From: Alphaproteobacteria bacterium
GTDB lineage: Bacteria; Pseudomonadota; Alphaproteobacteria; Bin95
Length of the DNA: 64,000 nt
Reading direction: 5' to 3'
Assembly (NCBI GenBank): GCA_041687435.1
Contig: JAWLBX010000004.1
Coordinates: forward strand, 157,090-221,089
A program made the position numbers and the translations under genes. The notes beneath the pieces are model-generated. The model had not been told where the DNA came from. It did no database searches and was given only the letters and a program-made list of their open reading frames with translations. Positions 28,440-37,684 of the stretch are shown piece after piece. Position 1 is the stretch's first letter. The number at the start of each line of letters is the position of its first letter.

Positions 28440-29311
28440 CCTCTGCCCCGCTTCGCCCGGCTTTCCGCAGCGGTAATATAGCTGACGCTGGCGAATACGA
28501 TCAGCGCGCCCAAAACGGTGAACAGGTCCGGTACCTCCAAATAAAGCAGGAAACCGGCCACCGCCGCGAACGGCAGGCGTAGGTAGTCAAACGGCATGAC
28601 CACACTGGCCTCGCCATGGCCCAGTGCCTTGGTCATGCAATACTGCGCGCCGAAGCCGGAGCCTGCCAGCAACCCGATCCAGGGCAGCATTGCCAGCGAC
28701 GGCGTCACCCATACATAGGCGGCAGGAACAGCCGAGAGCAACAGGATGATGGCGTTGACGCTGAAGGTCATCTTCGCGACCGGCTCTGCCCGCGTCATCA
28801 GCTTCACCACCGTGTTGGACAGCGCGTAGAAGACGGAGCAGCCGAGCAGCGCGAGCGTCGCCAGGCTCACCTCGGTAAAGCCGGGCCGCACGATGGTCAG
28901 CACGCCCACAAAGCCCGCCAGCGTCGCCAGCCAGCGGGCCATGCCCGGCCGCTCGCCGATGAAGGCGACCGCCAGCAGGATGGTGAACAGCGGATAGACT
29001 GCCTGCAACGCCGTCGCATCGGCCAGCGGCGCATTGGCGACGCCATAGAACATCAGCGTGATCGCGCCGAAGGTGCAGAAGCCGCGGGCCAGATGCATGA
29101 GCGGCATGTCGGTCTTGAACGCACTGGCGCGATTGCGCACCAGCCAGGGCAGCATCAGCAGCAATGCGGTGCCGACCCGCAGGAAGACGATTTCGAAGGT
29201 GGAGATTTCGGCCGAAAGCTGCCGGGCCGCGATATACATCGCCGTCAGCGAGGCCGCCGTGCCGGTCATCCAGGCGATGCCCAGCGCATTGCTGGCGCGC
29301 AACAGGCTCAT
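28436..29311 (-). CDS. EamA/DMT family transporter (tandem paralog 1)
   Basis: Start refined to MSLLRASNALGIAWM (ATG 29309-29311, GGAGG SD 10 nt upstream). 10 TM segments; ~60% identical to the adjacent paralog. Confidence 0.8.
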   Translation of the reverse strand: MSLLRASNALGIAWMTGTAASLTAMYIAARQLSAEISTFEIVFLRVGTALLLMLPWLVRNRASAFKTDMPLMHLARGFCTFGAITLMFYGVANAPLADATALQAVYPLFTILLAVAFIGERPGMARWLATLAGFVGVLTIVRPGFTEVSLATLALLGCSVFYALSNTVVKLMTRAEPVAKMTFSVNAIILLLSAVPAAYVWVTPSLAMLPWIGLLAGSGFGAQYCMTKALGHGEASVVMPFDYLRLPFAAVAGFLLYLEVPDLFTVLGALIVFASVSYITAAESRAKRGRG

Positions 29312-30171
29312 TTCCGTCGCGCCTCCGACGCTGCGATGTAACTGACGCTGGCAAAGATGATGGCTCCGCCCGCCAGGGTAAACGCGTCGGGAACCTCGCG
29401 GTAGATGAGGTAGCCCAGAATGGCAGCGAAGGGCAGGCGCAGATAGTCGAACGGCATGACTACGCCTGCCTCGCCGTGGTTCAGCGCCCGCGTCAGGCAC
29501 ATGTGCGCCGCATAGCCGCTAAGTGCCAGGAGGCCGATCCACGGCACCGCCGCCGGTGGCGGTGTCACCCACACATAGAGCGCGGGGATCGCCGACAGCA
29601 CCAGGATGGTGGCGTTGACCGAGAACACCATCTGCGTCGGCCTGTCGATGCCAGCCATCATGCGGACGATGGTGTTGGACGCTGCATAGAAGATCGAACA
29701 GCCCAGCAGCGCCAGCGTCGGCGGCCCGATTGCGGCGAAACCGGGCCGGACGATTACCAGAATGCCAGCAAAGCCGGCCAGCGCCGCCACCCAGCGCCTC
29801 ACTCCGCAGCGTTCGCCCAGTAGCAACGCCACCAGCATGATGGTGAAAAGAGGATAGGTGGACTGCAGCGCGCTGGCGTCCGCCAGCGGCGAGTGAGAGA
29901 TGCCGTAGAACAGCATGCTCATGGCGGTGAAGGTGCTGGCGCCACGCAGCAGATGCATGCCGGGCCGGCGGGATCGAAAGGCGTTGAGCCTTTCCTGCCA
30001 GAGCCATGGCAGCATCAGCACAATTGTGAAGACCGATCGCAGGAACAGGATTTCGAACGTCGGCAACATCGTGCCCAGTTCCCGCACCGCTACGAACAGC
30101 CCGGAGAATGCAACGGCGGCACCCAGCATCCAGGCAATGCCCAGCGGATTGTTGACGGGCGGGCGGGTCAT
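29308..30171 (-). CDS. EamA/DMT family transporter (tandem paralog 2)
   Basis: Start refined to MTRPPVNNPLGIAWM (ATG 30169-30171). Collinear with paralog 1 (shared VMPFDYLRLPFAA, ASVSYIAA motifs). Confidence 0.8.
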   Translation of the reverse strand: MTRPPVNNPLGIAWMLGAAVAFSGLFVAVRELGTMLPTFEILFLRSVFTIVLMLPWLWQERLNAFRSRRPGMHLLRGASTFTAMSMLFYGISHSPLADASALQSTYPLFTIMLVALLLGERCGVRRWVAALAGFAGILVIVRPGFAAIGPPTLALLGCSIFYAASNTIVRMMAGIDRPTQMVFSVNATILVLSAIPALYVWVTPPPAAVPWIGLLALSGYAAHMCLTRALNHGEAGVVMPFDYLRLPFAAILGYLIYREVPDAFTLAGGAIIFASVSYIAASEARRK

Positions 30172-30334
30172 GGACGGGGTGGCACCGGGCTTCGGTTGGC
30201 AATGAAAAGCGCCGCCCCGGCCGGCTGCCGGAGCGGCGCTTCTGCATGTGGGCATCAGCGATGAGCTGAAGCTTAGCCCAGTGGTTCCGGCGCCGCCAAG
30301 GTCTTATCCCCCGCGTGCCGGGCCAGGCTCTGCC

Positions 30335-30808
30335 TCAGTCCTGAAGGTACATCCGCACGATGGTATCCGGGTCGTTGACCGATCCGTTCATCGCTGGCGA
30401 GCCCTTCTTGATCTGGTCGATATGCTCCATACCCGCGGTCACTTGGCCCCAAACGGTGTACTGACCGTCCAGGTGCGGCGAGCGGTCGAACATGATGAAA
30501 AACTGGCTGTCTGCGCTGTTCGGGCTCTGCGCGCGCGCCATGCCGAGCGTTCCACGCTCGAACGGTGCCTTGGTGAATTCCGCATCCAGGTTCTGACCGG
30601 AGCCGCCAGTGCCATCGCCACGCGGGTCTCCGGTCTGGGCCATGAAGCCGTCAATGACCCGGTGGAATTTCAGGCCGTCATAGAAACCTTCGCTGGCCAA
30701 TTGCTTGATGCGTGCAACGTGCTTCGGTGCCAGGTCGGGCCGAAGTTCGATCACCACATTGCCGGTGCGCAGTTCCAGGATCAGGGTATTGCTGGCGGAT
30801 TCGCTCAT
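30335..30808 (-). CDS. ppiB: Peptidyl-prolyl cis-trans isomerase, cyclophilin type
   Basis: 157 aa from MSESASN with cyclophilin motifs (FHRVIDGFMAQTGDP, GTLGMARA, SQFFI). Confidence 0.9.
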   Translation of the reverse strand: MSESASNTLILELRTGNVVIELRPDLAPKHVARIKQLASEGFYDGLKFHRVIDGFMAQTGDPRGDGTGGSGQNLDAEFTKAPFERGTLGMARAQSPNSADSQFFIMFDRSPHLDGQYTVWGQVTAGMEHIDQIKKGSPAMNGSVNDPDTIVRMYLQD

Positions 30809-30876
30809 AGGGGGGGGTGTCCATCTGGGAAAAATCGGCGCCACCCTAGCCGGGGCGCGGCGACGATACAACTGCC

Positions 30877-31527
30877 TCACCAGCCCTGCAGCACTGCGCC
30901 CAGCGCTCGCGCCAAGGCTGCTTGGCTCGGCTCAACCACCGGCAGGCCGGTCGCTTCGGCCAGCGGCGCGCGCTGGTCGGCCATGCCGGCGCAGCCGAGG
31001 ATCAGCACGTCGGCTCCGTTTTCGTCCCGCAGGCGCTGGCCGGCCTCTATCATCGCTGCCCGCGTCCTGGTGCTATCTGCCAGTTCCGGCACCTCCAGCC
31101 CGATGGAGCGGCTGGCGGCATAGCGTGCGTCCAGGCCATAGGCCCGCACTGTCCGCCGCTGCCGCGCGATGGAGGAAGGAAGGATGGCGATCATGCCGAA
31201 CCGCTCCCCCAGGCTCAGCGCAGCGGCCATGCCGGCCTCGGCAATGCCGAACACGGGCCGCCCGGTGCGCTCGCGCAGGGATTGCACGCCGGGGTCGGAG
31301 AAACAGGCGACGACATAGGCATCCGCCGGCTCGCGCTGGCAGATGGCGTGCAGGTGCGGGATCACCGCGTCGCTGTCGGCTTGGCTCTGAATGCCGGGCG
31401 GGCCTTTGCGGTTTGTCAGGCAATCGACTGCCGGTCCGCCGGGCAGACGGAACGGCGCCGCTGCCCGGTCAATCGCGGCGGTGCAGGTCTCGGTTGCATT
31501 CGGATTGAGCACCAGGATACGGCTCAT
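30877..31527 (-). CDS. Asp/Glu/hydantoin racemase family protein
   Basis: 216 aa, MSRILVLNPNATET...VVACFSDPG...ILGCAGM pattern of the Asp/Glu/hydantoin racemase superfamily. Confidence 0.7.
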   Translation of the reverse strand: MSRILVLNPNATETCTAAIDRAAAPFRLPGGPAVDCLTNRKGPPGIQSQADSDAVIPHLHAICQREPADAYVVACFSDPGVQSLRERTGRPVFGIAEAGMAAALSLGERFGMIAILPSSIARQRRTVRAYGLDARYAASRSIGLEVPELADSTRTRAAMIEAGQRLRDENGADVLILGCAGMADQRAPLAEATGLPVVEPSQAALARALGAVLQGW

Positions 31528-31684
31528 GGTGGTTCAGCCTCTTGGTTGGCGTTTGGCCTGCCGATCATCGCATGTTCCCGGCGTATACTGCCAGAGTGGT
31601 GGTGCAGCATTTGACTTGTCTCAATGATTTGACTGGCACTTGTCGCTAAGAATTCATCTTCAATCCATTTATGCGAGGTGTGTC

Positions 31685-32245
31685 ATGCCTTTGTCCTGGC
31701 GTACCGGCGGGCTTCTGCTCGGTCTGGTCTTTTTTGCGGCGGTGGCGTTGGTCAAGCCCATCGGGGTTTCTACCCAATTCGTCATCTTTGACGGTATTGT
31801 CTGGGATGCCGTGCAGCCCACCGTGGTCGAGCCATCGACCGAGGCGACAGGCGGCTATGCCAGCCCTAACGCCTATCTCAATAAAAGTGGGGGCAAGTAT
31901 GCCAGCAATATCGCCAACCCTTGGAATTATAGCTTCGTCTTTGTCCTCGCCATGATTGGCGGGGCGGCCCTATCTGCGATGCTGCGCGGCTGGCCGACAC
32001 GGGCGCAGCGCACCATGCCGGAACTCTGGCGCGCGAATTATGGTGATTCGCCGGGCAAGCGTTATGCGATGGTCTTTATCGCGGGCGTTCTGGTACTTTA
32101 TGGCGCGCGCATGGCTGGCGGCTGCACCAGCGGTCACATGATGAGCGGCACGATGCAAACCGCGGTCAGCGCCTTTCTGTTCATGGCTGGCGCCTTCGGT
32201 GCAGGCATTCCCATTGCTGTGCTGATGTTCCCGAAGGAGGACTGA
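31685..32245 (+). CDS. YeeE/YedE family membrane protein (sulfur-compound transport component), half 1
   Basis: GGCTSGH motif; start at ATG 31685 with GAGGTG SD. Polytopic membrane protein. Confidence 0.8.
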   Translation: MPLSWRTGGLLLGLVFFAAVALVKPIGVSTQFVIFDGIVWDAVQPTVVEPSTEATGGYASPNAYLNKSGGKYASNIANPWNYSFVFVLAMIGGAALSAMLRGWPTRAQRTMPELWRANYGDSPGKRYAMVFIAGVLVLYGARMAGGCTSGHMMSGTMQTAVSAFLFMAGAFGAGIPIAVLMFPKED

Positions 32246-32249
32246 TCTT

Positions 32250-32834
32250 ATGGAAACCCTTATTCTCGCTATCGTTATCGGCGCGGCCTTCGGTTTCACG
32301 CTCGACCGGGTCGGCGCGACCAATCCGAACCTAATCATCGGGATGTTGCGGCTCTCGAACATGCACCTGATGAAGACGATCCTGTTGGCGGTGGCCGTTG
32401 GCACCCTGCTGCTGTTCGGCGGGTTAATGCTGGGATTGCTGAATCCCGGGCACCTGGGGGTCAAGGACGCCTATATCGGCGTGATTGTTGGCGGTGTTCT
32501 GCTGGGCGCAGGCTTTGCCATTGCCGGATATTGCCCCGGTACAGGCCTCACCGCTGCCGCGACTGGGCGCAAGGATGCACTGTGGTTCGTGCTGGGCGGG
32601 CTGGTTGGTGCGGCGGCCTACATGCTGACCTTTGCCGCGGTCGAAGGCACCGGGCTGCTTGCCACGATTGCCGGCGGCAAGGCCACATTGGGTACGGTTG
32701 CCGGCACCTCCTACCCCGCGCTTTGGCCGGACGTTCCTGGCGAATGGCTGGGGCTTGCCCTGGCGGTGGTGTTGGGCGCGGTAGCATTTCTGCTGCCGAT
32801 GCGCCTGCGCGGCGGCGGTGGCAAGGCGCGCTAG
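32250..32834 (+). CDS. YeeE/YedE family membrane protein, half 2 (DUF6691-like)
   Basis: GYCPGT motif, strong GAAGGAGG SD, 4 nt after the upstream stop (translational coupling). Confidence 0.75.
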   Translation: METLILAIVIGAAFGFTLDRVGATNPNLIIGMLRLSNMHLMKTILLAVAVGTLLLFGGLMLGLLNPGHLGVKDAYIGVIVGGVLLGAGFAIAGYCPGTGLTAAATGRKDALWFVLGGLVGAAAYMLTFAAVEGTGLLATIAGGKATLGTVAGTSYPALWPDVPGEWLGLALAVVLGAVAFLLPMRLRGGGGKAR

Positions 32835-32965
32835 GCTCAAAGCCGGTGTCCAGATTATCCGGTGGGCACCGGCTTCCAATCCCGAAACGGTCATGCGCAG
32901 GCTTCTCGCCGGCGCGCAAATAGGGCAGGGTGTGGGCCCCGGCAATAACGGCATGAGGTTCCTGC

Positions 32966-34567
32966 GTGCCCCCACAACCCAAGACCGCGAAACCGAAAAA
33001 GAAGGCGGAAAAACCCCGCCTGACCGTCCGCAACGCGCGGATGACCGACGTGGACGGCATCGTAGCGCTCAGCCGCAAGATCTATAAGGGCGACATGGCG
33101 ACGACGCCGCAATGCGTGCGCGGCAATATCAACATCTTCCCCGAAGGCCAGTTCGTCGTCGAACTGGGCGATCAGATCGTCGGCCATGCCGCCACGTTCA
33201 TCATTTCCGGCGAGATCGCCCTCAAGCCGCATTCCTGGTCGGAAATCACCGGCAATGGCTACGCATCCCGGCACGATGCGAATGGCGATTACCTTTATGG
33301 CATGGAGGTCGCCGTCGATCCGGATACCCGCCGGTCGCGCATCGGCCAGCGCCTCTACAACGCCCGGCGCGAGCTGTGCGAATACTGGGAGCTGAAGGGC
33401 ATCGTCTTCGGCGGCCGCCTGCCCGGCTATGGCCGCGCACGCGCCAAGGTCGGCTCTCCGGAGGAGTATCTGGAGCAGGTCCAGGAAAAGAAAATCCGCG
33501 ACCAGGTGCTTAACTTCCAGCTTGCCAACGGCTTTGAAGTCATCGGCGTGCTCCAGAACTATCTGCCGGAGGACCGGCAGTCCGGCGGCGTTGCCAGCCA
33601 CATGCTCTGGCGCAACCCGCTGGTGATGGAGGCGGAAAAGGCGCGCGCCTCGCAGCCCATGGGCCGGCTGCCGGAAAGCGTGCGGGTTGCGGCGGTCCAA
33701 TTTCAAATGCGGCAGATCAGCGACATCCAGGCGTTCGAGGATCAGGTCGAATATTTTGTCGATGTCGCCAGCGACTACCGCTCGGATTTCGTTGTTTTCC
33801 CCGAACTGTTCACCCTGCAATTGCTCGCCGCCGAGAAAAAGCCGCTTGGGCCGCTGGAAGGTGTCGCGAAGGTCGCGGAATACACCGAGCGGTTCCGCGA
33901 GTTCATGAGCGCCCTCGCGGTGCGGTACAACGTCAACATCATCGGCGGCTCGCATCCAACCCTTCAGGCCGACGAGAGCATCCGCAATACCGGCTATGTC
34001 TTCCTTCGCGACGGCGGCACCTACATTCAGGACAAACTGCACCCCACGCCGGCGGAACGCTATTGGTGGAACATCAAGGGTGGCGAGCGGCTGGAGGCGA
34101 TCAATACCGACTGCGGCCCCGTCGGCGTTCTGGTCTGCTATGACTGCGAATTCCCGGAGGTGGCCCGCAACCTGGTCGACCAGGGCGCACTGATCCTGTT
34201 CGTTCCGTTCTCCAGCGACGAGCGGCGGGGTTATTACCGCGTGCGCTACTGCTGTCATGCCCGTGCGGTTGAAAACCAAGTCTATGTCGTCATGTCCGGC
34301 GTCGTCGGCAACCTGCCGCATGTGGAGAACATGGACATTCATTACGCCGAAAGCTGCGTCCTGACCCCCTGCGACTTCCCCTTCGCGCGCGATGGCGTGG
34401 CCGCGGACAGCGGCGCAAATACGGAGATGATTGCGTTTGCTGACCTGCGCTTCTCCGACCTGTTCGTCAGCCGCAACCAGGGCACAGTGCAGCAGTTGAA
34501 GGATCGGCGCTTCGACCTCTACCGCGTCGGTTGGCAGGGCGGCAGGCGGCGGCGGAGCGCGGGGTAG
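32966..34567 (+). CDS. Bifunctional GNAT-family N-acetyltransferase / carbon-nitrogen hydrolase (nitrilase superfamily) fusion protein
   Basis: The N-terminal ~230 aa are GNAT-like. The C-terminal ~290 aa carry the CN-hydrolase Glu-Lys-Cys catalytic triad (FVVFPELF, LVCYDCEFPE). A GTG start at 32966 has a GAGGT SD; ATG at 33041 is an alternative. Confidence 0.8.
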   Translation: MPPQPKTAKPKKKAEKPRLTVRNARMTDVDGIVALSRKIYKGDMATTPQCVRGNINIFPEGQFVVELGDQIVGHAATFIISGEIALKPHSWSEITGNGYASRHDANGDYLYGMEVAVDPDTRRSRIGQRLYNARRELCEYWELKGIVFGGRLPGYGRARAKVGSPEEYLEQVQEKKIRDQVLNFQLANGFEVIGVLQNYLPEDRQSGGVASHMLWRNPLVMEAEKARASQPMGRLPESVRVAAVQFQMRQISDIQAFEDQVEYFVDVASDYRSDFVVFPELFTLQLLAAEKKPLGPLEGVAKVAEYTERFREFMSALAVRYNVNIIGGSHPTLQADESIRNTGYVFLRDGGTYIQDKLHPTPAERYWWNIKGGERLEAINTDCGPVGVLVCYDCEFPEVARNLVDQGALILFVPFSSDERRGYYRVRYCCHARAVENQVYVVMSGVVGNLPHVENMDIHYAESCVLTPCDFPFARDGVAADSGANTEMIAFADLRFSDLFVSRNQGTVQQLKDRRFDLYRVGWQGGRRRRSAG

Positions 34568-34650
34568 AAGGTTGTTGTCGTTGACGCACCGGTTCCGCCG
34601 CGCAACCATGGGGCCAATCACAAGCGCATCATCCTGAGGAATGCCCGTTC

Positions 34651-36267
34651 ATGTCCAAGCTCGCCGGTAAGACGGCCATCATCACTGGTGCCGCCCGGGG
34701 TATCGGTGCGGCCGCCGCCCGCCTGTTCGCCGCCGAAGGCGCCAATCTCATGCTGGCCGATGTTCTGGAGGAGCCGCTCCGGCAACTTGCCGGCGAGATT
34801 GGCGGGCAGGCTGCCACCTGTCTGACCGACGTGACGGACGAGGCGGCGGTGAAGAACCTGGTCGATCAGGCCGTGGCGCGGTTCGGCAGTGTTGATATCG
34901 CCCTGCTGAATGCGGGCATTGAGGGTAAGCTCGACCCGATTGTCGACTATGACCCGGCGATGTTCGACAAGGTGATGGCCGTGAACGTTCGCGGCGTCTG
35001 GCTGGGGCTGAAATATGCGATGAAGGCAATGCAGGCGAAGGGGGGCTCGATCGTAATCACCTCCTCGACCTCCGGCATTCGGGCCACGCCGCGGATGTCT
35101 GCCTACACCGCCTCCAAGCATGCCGCCGTGGGCCTGATGCGGTCGGCGGCGATCGAGGGGGCGGAGCACAATATCCGCGTCAATTCGGTCAACCCGTCAC
35201 CGATCGAAACGCCGATGATGGCCTCGTTGGAGAGCATGCATGGCGTCGCGGGTCGGAACGACCAGCCGCTCGCCGGCGCGACCCCGCTGAAGCGCTACGG
35301 CAAGCCGGAGGAGGTGGCGCAGATGATGCTGTTCCTCGCCTCCGACGACAGCAGTTTCTGCACTGGCGGGGTCTACATGGTCGATGGCGGTGTATCCGCC
35401 GGCCGTACGGTAGGGGGGAAGAGTATGTTGCCAGATCCATCCGGCAAGGCCACCCGTGACGAAAGCGAGTTGGTGCCGGGGTTTGAATTCGCCCCGTGGA
35501 CCTTCGCACTCGATGCCGATTATCAGGCCCGCAAGCTCGGCTGCTGCGGTATCGACCCTGCGATCTGGGGCGATTGCCTCGACCCCAGCCACTTTGCGCT
35601 GCTGACCATCCGCCATGTTCACCGCGACGGTTTCTCCATCAATGGCAGCGTGCACATGATCCAGCGCTACCGCCAGCATGCGCCGGTGAAGATCGGTGAG
35701 GAAATCACGCTGCGCGGCCGGATCACCGGGATCGAACCGGCGCCGCGGGGCACGCTCATGCATGCGGGCTTCGAGGTTGTGCGCGCCGATGGCTCCGTCG
35801 CGATGGAGTTGAGCCGCACAAGCGTGCGCATGCATCAGGATGGCGAGCGCAAGGGGCCGGCTTCCGGCGGAAAGCAGGCCGCCGCTGCCGAAAATCCCGA
35901 CGCGCCAGCCATGGGCCTGCCCGTGATCGGTGAACGGCAGTTGACGCCGGACGGTGTCGGCAATTTCTCCGACGACAAGATGAACCGCATCCATGACGAT
36001 CCGGAAGTGGCCCGCCAGTTCGGCTTCCGCGCCCCCATCGCCGCCGGCATCATGGGCTCGCACATCCTGATGGAGGCGCTGGTGAAGGATGGCGGCGGCC
36101 CGCCGCAGCAACTGGAAATGGAAGTCCGCTTCCGCCGCCCGATGTTCTGGGACGACCTCCTGACCGTCCACGGCGAGCGCACCAACGGCTACCTCTCGCG
36201 CATTGCTCTGATGAAACCGGAGGGCAAGCCGGCGTGCTTCGGTCTGGTGGAACGGGTGATCTACTAG
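34651..36267 (+). CDS. SDR-family oxidoreductase fused to a C-terminal MaoC-like/hotdog dehydratase region (MFE-2-like architecture)
   Basis: N-terminal TGAARGIGAA Rossmann motif and YTASKHAA catalytic motif (SDR), then ~280 aa with MaoC dehydratase-like motifs (NRIHDDPEVARQFGFRAPIAAGIMG). Confidence 0.75.
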   Translation: MSKLAGKTAIITGAARGIGAAAARLFAAEGANLMLADVLEEPLRQLAGEIGGQAATCLTDVTDEAAVKNLVDQAVARFGSVDIALLNAGIEGKLDPIVDYDPAMFDKVMAVNVRGVWLGLKYAMKAMQAKGGSIVITSSTSGIRATPRMSAYTASKHAAVGLMRSAAIEGAEHNIRVNSVNPSPIETPMMASLESMHGVAGRNDQPLAGATPLKRYGKPEEVAQMMLFLASDDSSFCTGGVYMVDGGVSAGRTVGGKSMLPDPSGKATRDESELVPGFEFAPWTFALDADYQARKLGCCGIDPAIWGDCLDPSHFALLTIRHVHRDGFSINGSVHMIQRYRQHAPVKIGEEITLRGRITGIEPAPRGTLMHAGFEVVRADGSVAMELSRTSVRMHQDGERKGPASGGKQAAAAENPDAPAMGLPVIGERQLTPDGVGNFSDDKMNRIHDDPEVARQFGFRAPIAAGIMGSHILMEALVKDGGGPPQQLEMEVRFRRPMFWDDLLTVHGERTNGYLSRIALMKPEGKPACFGLVERVIY

Positions 36268-36371
36268 CCGCGGTCGCCCGTGCCGAGCCGCTTCACCCTG
36301 ACCCTGTCGAAGGGTGAGGAATGCAAAAAAATCTTCAACAAGGTTAAGGTTAAACAAGAGGAAATGCGCAA

Positions 36372-37166
36372 ATGAACAGACTAGATGGGAAAATCGCCCT
36401 CATCTCCGGTGCCTCCCGCGGCATCGGCGCCAAGACGGCGGAATTGATGGTTGCCGCCGGTGCCAAGGTCATCGTCGCCGACGTGCTCGACGATCTGGGC
36501 CAGGAAACGGCCAAGACGCTGGGCGACGCTGCGGCCTACATCCATCTGGATGTGACGAAGGAGGCCGACTGGCGCGCCGCGGTCGATCTGGCAGAGACAC
36601 GGTTCGGTGGGCTGGATGTGCTCTGCAACAATGCCGGCATCTTCACCGGCCTCGGCATTGACGAGGTGACCTTGGACGATTGGAACAAGCTGGTTGGTGT
36701 CAACATGACCGGCGTTTTCCTCGGCACCAAGCTGTGTGCCGATGCGCTGGCAGCGCGTGGCGAGAACAGTGCGCACGGTTCCGCCATTGTCAACACGTCC
36801 TCTATTGCCGGTCTGGTCGGCTCGCAGCTCGATCCGCTCTATTCGATGACCAAGGGCGGCGTGGCGCTGTTCACAAAGTCAACCGCGCTCTATTTCAGCC
36901 GCAAGGGCCAGCGGGTGCGCTGCAACTCCATCCATCCGGGCGTGATCGACACCGACATGGGCGCGCAGACCTATGAGGCGCGGGCGCAGAAGCAGGGGCT
37001 GAACGATCCGGCCAAGGCCCGCGAGTTCTCCGCCAAGATGCACCCCATCGGCCGCCTCGGCGTGGCCGAGGATATCGCCAAGGGCATCCTGTTCCTGGCC
37101 AGCGACGACAGCGGCTTCATGACCGGCGCCGGGCTAGTCGTCGATGGCGGCATCACCGCGCAATAG
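36372..37166 (+). CDS. SDR-family NAD(P)-dependent oxidoreductase
   Basis: SGASRGIGA...NNAG...YSMTKGG classical SDR motifs; 264 aa. Confidence 0.85.
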   Translation: MNRLDGKIALISGASRGIGAKTAELMVAAGAKVIVADVLDDLGQETAKTLGDAAAYIHLDVTKEADWRAAVDLAETRFGGLDVLCNNAGIFTGLGIDEVTLDDWNKLVGVNMTGVFLGTKLCADALAARGENSAHGSAIVNTSSIAGLVGSQLDPLYSMTKGGVALFTKSTALYFSRKGQRVRCNSIHPGVIDTDMGAQTYEARAQKQGLNDPAKAREFSAKMHPIGRLGVAEDIAKGILFLASDDSGFMTGAGLVVDGGITAQ

Positions 37167-37277
37167 CAGCATGAGCGAACCGGCCCGCCAGTCACGCGGG
37201 CCGGGTTTGCCATTGTGGCGGCGTTCGGAATCGCCGAGCCTGATGGCAGAACTACGAAATCCGGGAGAGTTGAAGCC

Positions 37278-37649
37278 GTGGATGTGATCCTGCTGCCGTT
37301 TCGGCGCTATTTCGAGTTTTCAGGCCGGTCGCGGCGGCTCGAATTCGGGGTGTTCATCCTGTTCAATTTCGCCATGTCGGTCGTTCTGAGCGCGGTCGAC
37401 ATGCAACTCGCCCTATTGCCGATGCACGGTCCGGGCGGGGTGTTAAGCGGGCTCTACGGCTTGTTCATCATCATCCCAGGCATCGCCCTCGGCGTGCGCC
37501 GTTTGCACGACATGAACGCTTCCGGCTGGTGGTATTTGCTGACGTTGGTGCCGATTGCGAACTTCATATTGTTCCTGGTCTTGCTGTTCAAATCGGGGAG
37601 CGAGGGACCGAACCTCTACGGGCCGGACCCAAAGGAACCAGCGTTTTAA
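37278..37649 (+). CDS. DUF805 family inner-membrane protein
   Basis: FRRYFEFSGRSRRLEFGVF motif followed by TM helices. GTG start at 37278 has a GGGAGAG SD 8 nt upstream; the ORF track start at 37215 is also GTG. Confidence 0.65.
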   Translation: MDVILLPFRRYFEFSGRSRRLEFGVFILFNFAMSVVLSAVDMQLALLPMHGPGGVLSGLYGLFIIIPGIALGVRRLHDMNASGWWYLLTLVPIANFILFLVLLFKSGSEGPNLYGPDPKEPAF

Positions 37650-37684
37650 GGCGGCACCGGCTGCTCATGGTCCTTGCGGAAACA

